A DNA stretch of 64,000 bases. It comes from Spirochaetia bacterium. Lineage in GTDB: Bacteria; Spirochaetota; Spirochaetia; SZUA-6; Bin103. The DNA lies in NCBI GenBank assembly GCA_965243545.1, contig OZ251573.1, forward strand, positions 1,970,681-2,034,680. The letters are read 5' to 3'. Shown piece by piece: positions 57,316-64,000 of the stretch. The number at the start of each line of letters is the position of its first letter. Within the stretch, counting starts at the first letter, position 1. The notes below the pieces were generated by a model that saw nothing but the letters and a program-made list of their open reading frames with translations, was not told the DNA's origin and made no database searches. The position numbers and the translations under genes are program-made.

Positions 57316-58308
57316 TTAGCCAAACCCCAGGTTGAGCCGCGCCGCCTGCGCGTCGGCCGACAGCTCGCGCACCGCGCCGAGACAGGCGATGCGGAAGTTG
57401 GCCAGGTCGATGAGTTTGCGCCGTATGAAATAATAGACGTACTCGATCGACGGCGGCCTGTACCGGGCGGCGCCGAGGCGCGCGGTGAGCCCGGTTTGCA
57501 GCCGCAGGATCGCCTCCCGCGTCCCTTCGCCGCGCCCCAGCGCCTGCACGGCGGCGGTGAGCAGCGGGCGCGCAAACACGCGCGTCTGCGCCCATTCGCC
57601 GGTCGGGCTTTCGTAGAGCGCCTGCAACCGCGACTGCTCCGGCAGGCCGTGCGATCCCCATCGGACGACCCGCCACGGCAACCCGGCGTCCCGGCCGCGC
57701 ATGAGCGTCTCGGCCACCGCAAGGTCGCTGAAGTCGGCCAGGACCGCGGCCAGCGCCGGCGACCGCCGCGCGGCGATCTCCACCAGCAGCACGCTGCGGG
57801 CGCGGTCCATCGCCAGCTCCAGCGCCTGCGGCGCGCGGCCCGATTCGTAGTAGGCGGCCAGGCCGGCGCGGATCGCCGGCAGGTAGTGGAGCGGCACGCG
57901 CGCCGTGGAGAGCCGGCCGACGTCGGCCAGCACCTCGGCGGCGACCAGCGCCGCCGGCTGGTAGAGGCCCGCCGGCGGCTCGCCCCGAAGGTGCCCGAGC
58001 AGCGCCGTCTTGAGGTTGTGCAGGTCGAGCGGCGCCGCGGCGAGCTGCGCCAGCTCCGGCACCGGGGCGAGTTCGTCCACGGTCTTCCAGAGATCGGCCA
58101 CCTCTTCGGCGGCAGCCCGTTCGATGCCGCCGTCGGTGGGATCGGCGGTCACCACCTGCGCAAAGCGGCACGGCGGCAGCGCGGCGACCACCTGCTCCAT
58201 GCTGCGCGCGGACACCAGCTCCCGCGCCAGGGACTCATCGCCCAGCTCGCGCTCCCGGCACTTGAGCAGCCCGGTCAGAAAGTTGAAGTCGCGCTCGGTC
58301 CGGGCCAT
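57316..58308 (-). CDS. atpC: V-type ATP synthase subunit C
   Basis: 330 aa, position between E and F in operon, vATP-synt_AC39-like helical protein. Confidence 0.75.
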   Translation of the reverse strand: MARTERDFNFLTGLLKCRERELGDESLARELVSARSMEQVVAALPPCRFAQVVTADPTDGGIERAAAEEVADLWKTVDELAPVPELAQLAAAPLDLHNLKTALLGHLRGEPPAGLYQPAALVAAEVLADVGRLSTARVPLHYLPAIRAGLAAYYESGRAPQALELAMDRARSVLLVEIAARRSPALAAVLADFSDLAVAETLMRGRDAGLPWRVVRWGSHGLPEQSRLQALYESPTGEWAQTRVFARPLLTAAVQALGRGEGTREAILRLQTGLTARLGAARYRPPSIEYVYYFIRRKLIDLANFRIACLGAVRELSADAQAARLNLGFG

Positions 58309-58315
58309 CGGCGCC

Positions 58316-58939
58316 TCATCCGCCCCCGTCGTCGTCGGCGGCCTGCGTGGCCCTGAACAGGACTCCGGCCGCCTCGATCTCGGTCTCTTCCTGCAGCTGC
58401 GCGAACGCCTGATCCAGGGTGCAGTTGAGGCGTTCCGGCCGGCGCGCCTCCGCGCCTTCGGCGGCGGTGCGCTCGATGATGAATCCCGCCCGGAACCGGC
58501 CCTGCTCGTCGGCCAGCGTCACGCCGTGCTCGTCCAGCAGGCCGCGCAGCTCGCCGGCGAAGCGGTCCGCCTCGCGCTGCGACACGATCAGCCGGTCGCC
58601 GGGCTTGGCGTGCCGGCGCAGCTGCCCGGCCAGAAAGGCGCGGTAGGCGTCCGCGGCGACCACCTGCTCCCACGCGCCGCGGTACAGGTCGTCGATCAGA
58701 CGCCGCCGCAACGCCACCAGCTGCTTGTTCTGCTCCAGACGGGCGCCGGACAGCCGCTGCCGCAGCCGGTCTTCGGCCTGCCGGTGCTCGCGTCCGCGCC
58801 GGTCGTCGACGGAGCGCGTCAGCTCGGCCAGCCCGGTCCGGTACCGTTCGTCGTGATCGGCCTGCGCCGCCTGCAGGGCCTGCTCGCCGCGCGCGCGCGC
58901 GCCGGCCAGGATCTGCTCGACCAGATTGTCGCCCGCCAT
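58316..58939 (-). CDS. atpE: V-type ATP synthase subunit E
   Basis: 207 aa, charged coiled-coil N-terminus then globular C-terminus. Confidence 0.75.
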   Translation of the reverse strand: MAGDNLVEQILAGARARGEQALQAAQADHDERYRTGLAELTRSVDDRRGREHRQAEDRLRQRLSGARLEQNKQLVALRRRLIDDLYRGAWEQVVAADAYRAFLAGQLRRHAKPGDRLIVSQREADRFAGELRGLLDEHGVTLADEQGRFRAGFIIERTAAEGAEARRPERLNCTLDQAFAQLQEETEIEAAGVLFRATQAADDDGGG

Positions 58940-58940
58940 C

Positions 58941-59432
58941 TCAGCTCAGGTCGGGGATCACGACCTGCAGGATGATCAGGGTGGCGATCAGCGCGAACAG
59001 GCCGAAGGTCTCCACCATGACCGGCAGGATCAGCGCGCGTCCGAAGGTGTCAGGTTTTTTGGCCACCGCCCCCATCGAGGCGACCGCGACCTTGCCCTGC
59101 CAGATCGGTGACATCAGCTCGCCGAACATCGCCGGCACGCAGGCGGCGAATATCGCCAAGCCGTAATGCAGATCGAGGTCGAGGACCCCCTCGCCGCCCA
59201 GCGCTTGCACCTTGAGCATCACCAGGATCGCCACCACCAGGCCGTAGATCGCCTGCGTAGCCGGCAACGCCTGCAGGATCAGCATCAGGCCGAAGCGGTC
59301 GGGGTCCTCGGAGATGACGCCGCCGGCCATCTCGCCGGCCGCTCCGACGCCGACCGACGATCCGTACGCCGCCAGCCCTGCGGTCAAGGCCCCGCCGAAC
59401 AAGGCGATCGCGAAGCCGAGAGAGATCTCCAT
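58941..59432 (-). CDS. atpK: V-type ATP synthase subunit K (proteolipid/c subunit)
   Basis: 163 aa, four TM helices, Gly/Ala-rich, conserved Glu in GELMSPIW-adjacent helix. Confidence 0.85.
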   Translation of the reverse strand: MEISLGFAIALFGGALTAGLAAYGSSVGVGAAGEMAGGVISEDPDRFGLMLILQALPATQAIYGLVVAILVMLKVQALGGEGVLDLDLHYGLAIFAACVPAMFGELMSPIWQGKVAVASMGAVAKKPDTFGRALILPVMVETFGLFALIATLIILQVVIPDLS

Positions 59433-59448
59433 CCGTGCCTCCTTTAGG

Positions 59449-61479
59449 TCACCGCGTCATCACGGTGTCGATGATTCGATAATGTCTGGTCTCGCCGCGC
59501 AACGGGCTGAACGCGCGCCCCTTGGGATCGAAGTACCGCTGGAACGACTCCAGGTAGTTCAACCGCAGCGAGTGTACGAAGGCCCCCAACATGCTGAGGA
59601 CCAGATTCAACGCGTGGAACAGGACCACGATCAGGCCGCCGACGACCGCGCCCACCACCACCGCGGCGCCGCTCCCGCCAAAGAACAGGCTGCCCATCAG
59701 GTTGCCGACCTGCCCGATGAAGGCGGAGGTGAGGCTGAGGATGCCGAGGCGCATGTAGGAGAGCACGTCGGAGAAGAAGCCGACCAGCCCGTAGTAGCCG
59801 ACGATGCCGTACAGAGAGACGATGCCGGCCAGCACGCGGCCTATGCGGTTCCCTTCCCGAATCCCGAACAGCACCACCGAGGCGGCGGACGCCGCCAGCA
59901 GCACCGTGGACGGGGTGTCGAGCGCCGTGATCCCGGCCGCGCGCACGGCGATCCAGAGGAGCAGCGTCACCAGCAGCGCCAGCCACGATCCCTGCTCCGC
60001 CGCGGCGTCCCGCCGCTGGCCGGACTTCCATACGGAGATCAGCCCGGCGACGATGGAGGCGAGCTGGAAGACCACGCCGACGCCGATGGAGACGGCCATC
60101 AGCGTGGTGATCTGCACGGTCGGGTAGAAGAGCGGCAGCAGTCCCAGGATCTTTGCGTCGGCGGTGGGGTCGGAGATGCCGGGGCTGGCGCCGAAGAAGC
60201 TCCAGGTGAGCACGCCCACCACCATCGCCGCGATGCCGGTGATCACGAACATGCGCAGGAACAGGCGGGTCTCGCCCGCCGACTGGTAGCGGCGCATCAG
60301 CCACAGGGCCAGCAGCACCTGCAGCAGCCCGTAGCCGGCGTCGCCGAGCGCCATGGCGTAGAAGAGCGTCATGGCGACCGCCACGAACGGCGTGGGGTCG
60401 ATTGAGAAGTACCGGGGCATGCCGAACATGCGGATCAGGAACTCGAACGGCCGGATCAGCGTGCGGTTGTGCAGGTCGACCGGCGGATCGTCGTCGGTGA
60501 CCGGCGCCGTGAACCGCGCCCGCGCGTTCGGACAGGTCTGGGTCAGCACCACGCGCAACGGCGCGACGTGCTCGGCGCGCACCCAGCCGATCAGCACCGC
60601 GGCGCGCTTGGAGTAGTAGAGGCGGCGGCGCGCCTCCTGCTCGGCCCGCCGGCCGGAGGCGGCGTCGGCGTGCGCCTGCACCGCGCCGCGGTAACGCTCG
60701 GCGGCGGTGGCGAACCGTTGGCGGAGCTCGTCCAGCTGCCCGCCGATCTCCGCCAGGCGGGAGTCGGCGGCGGCCAGCGCGGCGCCGGGCGTCTCGGCGC
60801 CGCCCGGCAGATCGACCACCTCGCCGCGCAACCGGCGCAGGCCGTCCTGAGCGTCGGCCGCCTGTTCGTTCACGACCGCCAGCACGCCGTAACTGGCGCG
60901 CTTGCCGGCCGACACCGGCGCGTAGACCGCCGACGAGCCGAGCGAGCCGTCGGCGGCCGCGGCGGCCACGTCGTCGTCGGCGCCCGGCATGCGCACCGGC
61001 AGCAGTGTGGTGTGGCGGCCGGCAGCCAGGTCGGCCAGGGGCGCGTCGAGCGGCCGCCACGGTTCCAGGTCGGTTCTGCGTTGCCGCAGGTGCGCCTGTT
61101 CGGAGAGCAGCTGCTCGAAGCGGTTGAGCTCGCCGCCGAGCCGTTCGCGCAGCTCGGCCACGTCGACGCTGTCGACCAGGCGGGCGAGCTGATCGCGGGT
61201 GCGCGGCGGCGGGGAGCCGAAGAACTCCTCCAACAACCCCTTCTTGAGCGGCGCGAAGCGCTGGAAGAGCTGCAGCAGGAAGTCGATGTCGGCCTGCCGG
61301 CCGGCGGCGCCCCCGGACGCAACCGGCGGCTCCTCCTCCTGCCCGGCAAGGTCCCGGTCGATCCGGTCATGGATGTCGTCGACGTGCACCAGCCCGGAGC
61401 GCTCGAGCCCGGACAGGGCGCTGTCCAGGTCGTCCCGGGGCAGGACGACCTCTACCTTGGTGAGGTCTGCTATCGCCAC
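59449..61479 (-). CDS. atpI: V-type ATP synthase subunit I (a subunit)
   Basis: 676 aa, soluble coiled-coil N-terminal half then multi-TM C-terminal half. Confidence 0.85.
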   Translation of the reverse strand: MAIADLTKVEVVLPRDDLDSALSGLERSGLVHVDDIHDRIDRDLAGQEEEPPVASGGAAGRQADIDFLLQLFQRFAPLKKGLLEEFFGSPPPRTRDQLARLVDSVDVAELRERLGGELNRFEQLLSEQAHLRQRRTDLEPWRPLDAPLADLAAGRHTTLLPVRMPGADDDVAAAAADGSLGSSAVYAPVSAGKRASYGVLAVVNEQAADAQDGLRRLRGEVVDLPGGAETPGAALAAADSRLAEIGGQLDELRQRFATAAERYRGAVQAHADAASGRRAEQEARRRLYYSKRAAVLIGWVRAEHVAPLRVVLTQTCPNARARFTAPVTDDDPPVDLHNRTLIRPFEFLIRMFGMPRYFSIDPTPFVAVAMTLFYAMALGDAGYGLLQVLLALWLMRRYQSAGETRLFLRMFVITGIAAMVVGVLTWSFFGASPGISDPTADAKILGLLPLFYPTVQITTLMAVSIGVGVVFQLASIVAGLISVWKSGQRRDAAAEQGSWLALLVTLLLWIAVRAAGITALDTPSTVLLAASAASVVLFGIREGNRIGRVLAGIVSLYGIVGYYGLVGFFSDVLSYMRLGILSLTSAFIGQVGNLMGSLFFGGSGAAVVVGAVVGGLIVVLFHALNLVLSMLGAFVHSLRLNYLESFQRYFDPKGRAFSPLRGETRHYRIIDTVMTR

Positions 61480-61486
61480 GCGCCGG

Positions 61487-61792
61487 TTACCGCTGCAATC
61501 GGTCCAGAATGAGTTGGAGCGCCGCGCCGCGGTTGGCGCGCGCCGCCGTTTCCACCTCTTGGCGCTGCGCGCGCCCGGACGCCACGATCGTGTCCCGTTC
61601 CGCCTGGAACCGGCGGTCGAGCTCCGCGGTGCGCCGGCCGAGTTCGGCGTCGAGCTCGGCGGTCAGCTCCTGCCGGCGTTCGTCGAGTCCGGTGGTCACC
61701 GTGGCGAGCAGCTCGGCGGCCTTGGCGCGGTAGTCCTGCTCAATGCGCTCGGCGTCTTCCTCCGCCTTCTTCACGTCTTTGAGAACGTCCAT
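61487..61792 (-). CDS. V-type ATP synthase subunit G/H (small coiled-coil peripheral stalk subunit)
   Basis: 101 aa highly charged coiled coil at head of V-ATPase operon as in Thermus atpG. Confidence 0.7.
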   Translation of the reverse strand: MDVLKDVKKAEEDAERIEQDYRAKAAELLATVTTGLDERRQELTAELDAELGRRTAELDRRFQAERDTIVASGRAQRQEVETAARANRGAALQLILDRLQR

Positions 61793-61855
61793 CGTACCGA
61801 GAGCTCCAAGTGGGGTATTGCCTAAAGGGAAAAGAATCAGGCGGCCGGTATTCTC

Positions 61856-61884
61856 AGTATCGGAAATTCCGCCGCGCGCGTCAA
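61856..61884 (-). promoter_or_regulatory. putative sigma-70-like promoter of V-ATPase operon (TTGACG-N17-GATACT on minus strand)
   Basis: locally AT-richer intergenic region; cgtcaa at 61879-61884 and agtatc at 61856-61861 on + strand; GGAG RBS before ATG at 61792. Confidence 0.3.
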
Positions 61885-62561
61885 CCCCGCCACCGGACGA
61901 TCAGATCGACCGGGCCGGGATCGGTCAGGTAGTCGGCGAGCGAAAGCGACAGCCGCGCCGTGCGGCCGTCGGCGTCGACCGTCGCCCCGCCGGCGTCGGT
62001 GATGGCGGCCGGCGCGGTGACCACGAACGTCACCCGCGACTCACCGGCCAGCGCCTGCGCCAGGGCGGCCAGGAGGGGGTCCGGGGCGTCGGCGGCGGCC
62101 CGCGCGGGTATCACCCGCTGCGACAGCTCGCCGCCGCCGTCTCCGTTGGCCGTGAACGACACCGGCAGGCCGCCGAAGCCGGCGACGGTCCGCAACGCTT
62201 CGACGCTGTCGAAGGCAATCCTGACGCTGATGGCTACCGCGCCGTCGTCGTCGGTCCGCCGGAACCGGCGCAGGCGCGCCCCCTGGGCGCCGGCGAGCGC
62301 CGCGTCGAAGTCGGCGCGGGTGATCGGCAGCGGGACCGACGGCGCGCCGTCCGCCGGGTCGAGCAGCGTGGCCGCCTCGGCCGGCACGCGGTAGTCGAGC
62401 TCCAGGACGCCGGCGCCGCCGCGCCGCATGACGAAGCGCATCTCGACGTCGACGCAGGCGGCCAGCGTGACGGCGGCCAGGCCGGCTGCCGCCAGGCGGC
62501 CGAGCGCCGTTACGGCGCCGCATCGCCGCCGGCCGTCTCTCCGCCAGTGGAGCGCCCTCAC
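61881..62561 (-). CDS. hypothetical lipoprotein
   Basis: LAACVD lipobox after signal-like region; no family recognised. Confidence 0.4.
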   Translation of the reverse strand: MRALHWRRDGRRRCGAVTALGRLAAAGLAAVTLAACVDVEMRFVMRRGGAGVLELDYRVPAEAATLLDPADGAPSVPLPITRADFDAALAGAQGARLRRFRRTDDDGAVAISVRIAFDSVEALRTVAGFGGLPVSFTANGDGGGELSQRVIPARAAADAPDPLLAALAQALAGESRVTFVVTAPAAITDAGGATVDADGRTARLSLSLADYLTDPGPVDLIVRWRG

Positions 62562-63256
62562 CGCGGCGCCTCGCCTGCAGTCGAGCGCCCGCCCGGCGGC
62601 GCCCCGCCGCCATCGGGATGCCCTCCGGGCGGCGTCTCGCCGCCAGTGACATGAAGGCCGCCGGCCGCCCGCAGCTCCAGATAGCTCTGGCGGCAGACCC
62701 AGGCGTCGGTCGCCGCGTACCGCTGCTGCGCCGGGCTGAGCCGGCGGGCGGCCCAGTTCGACACCTGCGCGCTCTTGGAGATGCGGATGCCCAGGAAGTG
62801 CGCGGCCTGCCCGCGCACGCTGCTCGGCTTGTAGCCGGCGTCGCGCACCATGCGGCCGACGTCGACCACGCCGCGCGGAGCGACCCCGTAGATGCGGCGG
62901 AGCGAGCGCAGCTCGTCCGCCGGCGCCTGCGCCGCCTTGACGATCCGCTCGGACTCCAGCACCTCGCGCAACGGCGGCGGCAGGCCGGCCCAGTGGAGCT
63001 GCACCAGCACGGCCTGATCGGCGGAGGCGAGCTGCAGCAGGGCGACCGGATACCGCTCGCCCCGCTTGAACGCCGGCCGCGTCTCGGTGTCCAGGCCGAG
63101 CACGCCGGCGCCGTCGAGCGCCGTGAGCGCCGCGGCCACCGCCTCGGGCGAGTCGGCGACCCGGATCCGGCCGGGAAACCAGCCGAGCGGCAGCGCCGCG
63201 ATCTGCGCCTTGTCGAGCGTCCGGGACGGCGGCCCGCTACCCTCCACCGGACCCAT
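62558..63256 (-). CDS. 3'-5' exonuclease domain protein (DEDDy/RNase D-like)
   Basis: LGLDTETRP (Exo I), ...YAATDAW (Exo III with Tyr) motifs. Confidence 0.7.
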   Translation of the reverse strand: MGPVEGSGPPSRTLDKAQIAALPLGWFPGRIRVADSPEAVAAALTALDGAGVLGLDTETRPAFKRGERYPVALLQLASADQAVLVQLHWAGLPPPLREVLESERIVKAAQAPADELRSLRRIYGVAPRGVVDVGRMVRDAGYKPSSVRGQAAHFLGIRISKSAQVSNWAARRLSPAQQRYAATDAWVCRQSYLELRAAGGLHVTGGETPPGGHPDGGGAPPGGRSTAGEAPR

Positions 63257-64000
63257 CGACCGGAAACCGGAGCAGCTCGACGTCGAAGATCAGATACGCC
63301 CCTGGCGGAATGCCGGCCTGCGGGACGCCACGGTCACCGTAACCGAGCTCCGGCGGCACGATCAGCGTGCGCCGCTCGCCCCGCCGCATGTCCTGCAGCG
63401 CCTCCTGCCAACCCCGGATCACCCGGTTGACCGGAAAGACCGCCGGCGTTCCGCGTTCGCGCGAGCTGTCGAACACCGTTCCGTCCAGCAGTCTGCCTTC
63501 ATAGTGGACCTCCACGCTGGTATCGGCGGCCGGCCGTTCGCCGCCTTCGCCCGCTTGCTCGACCACGTACCGCAGCCCGGACGGCGTCACGGTCGCGCCC
63601 GGCCAGCGGCGGCGCACCTCGGCGTCCGCTTCCGCCCGGGCGGCGGCGATCTCCGCCGCCCGCTCCGGGCCGCCGGCCCGGAGCTCGTCGAACGTGCGCT
63701 GGTCGACCCGGAACTCAAGGGCTGACGGCCCGATGCGGCGGATGCGCACCGACTCGATCTGGTCGCCCTGGCGGACGGCGTCGACCACCTCCTGGCCGGA
63801 GATCACGTAGCCGAACACGGCATGCCGGCCGTCCAGCCACGGTGTCTCCACGTGGGTGATGAAGAACTGGCTGCCGTTGGTGTTGGGTCCCGCATTCGCC
63901 ATCGACAGCGTGCCGGGACGGTCGTGGCGCAACGACGGATCGATCTCGTCGGCGAACTGGTAGCCGGGTCCGCCGGCGCCGGTGCCGGTCGGGTCTCCGC
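63237..64000 (-). CDS. dual-family peptidyl-prolyl isomerase: cyclophilin domain fused to C-terminal FKBP domain; N-terminus beyond window end
   Basis: cyclophilin motifs [18 protein letters not shown]...[16 protein letters not shown]...HAVFGYV followed by FKBP motifs [18 protein letters not shown]...[26 protein letters not shown]...YLIFDVELL; reading frame remains open to position 64000. Confidence 0.75.
   Translation of the reverse strand, partial: GDPTGTGAGGPGYQFADEIDPSLRHDRPGTLSMANAGPNTNGSQFFITHVETPWLDGRHAVFGYVISGQEVVDAVRQGDQIESVRIRRIGPSALEFRVDQRTFDELRAGGPERAAEIAAARAEADAEVRRRWPGATVTPSGLRYVVEQAGEGGERPAADTSVEVHYEGRLLDGTVFDSSRERGTPAVFPVNRVIRGWQEALQDMRRGERRTLIVPPELGYGDRGVPQAGIPPGAYLIFDVELLRFPVDGSGGG

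Noticed and set aside
59314-61512. + strand and alternate-frame ORFs over atpI
   Set aside because: Antisense or alternate frame of the subunit I gene. Arg/Gly-rich.

Overview
This is a very GC-rich (~72%) bacterial chromosomal window with no rRNA, tRNA, CRISPR array, transposase or integrase that I could recognise. Most of it is core and metabolic genes. These include the gltBD glutamate synthase operon, an amidase, glpK, a peptide-type ABC transporter operon, trpB2, ddl, several Gfo/Idh/MocA oxidoreductases and amidohydrolases, and three phytanoyl-CoA dioxygenase paralogs. A complete V-type ATPase operon sits on the minus strand in the Thermus-like order G-I-K-E-C-F-A-B-D. This operon, the TrpB2 gene, leaderless-looking starts and the GC content point loosely to Deinococcus-Thermus, Chloroflexota or a similar lineage, but I cannot assign a taxon. 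Many long antisense or alternative-frame ORFs in the six-frame track are Arg/Ala/Gly-rich high-GC artefacts and were discarded.

The most interesting accessory content is a translationally coupled minus-strand operon at about 3.0-7.0 kb, between gltD and a heparinase II/III-like gene. Its genes are a HEPN-like small protein, a ParA/MinD-like ATPase with an unusual Walker A (KGGVGRST, Arg in place of Lys), a P-loop NTPase (Walker A GMRGAGKT, AAA_16/STAND-like Walker B) and a 234-aa unknown protein. I propose it as a candidate undescribed module, possibly a conflict or defense system.

Other notable points:
- A ~60-bp imperfect direct repeat (the 5' end of the gene at 48812) flanks a 2.6-kb segment carrying a lipoprotein with duplicated FN3-like modules and a Uma2-family endonuclease.
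- A hicAB toxin-antitoxin pair is present.
- There are decayed remnants of an ABC-type/OLD-like ATPase and of an AlbA_2/HATPase_c_4 protein.
- A hypothetical protein carries a 21-bp in-frame tandem repeat (LGHTVEx heptads) and a possible PD-(D/E)XK motif.
- ddl has an ATGA-coupled start followed by an in-frame TAG.
- A cyclophilin-FKBP dual PPIase fusion runs off the window end.
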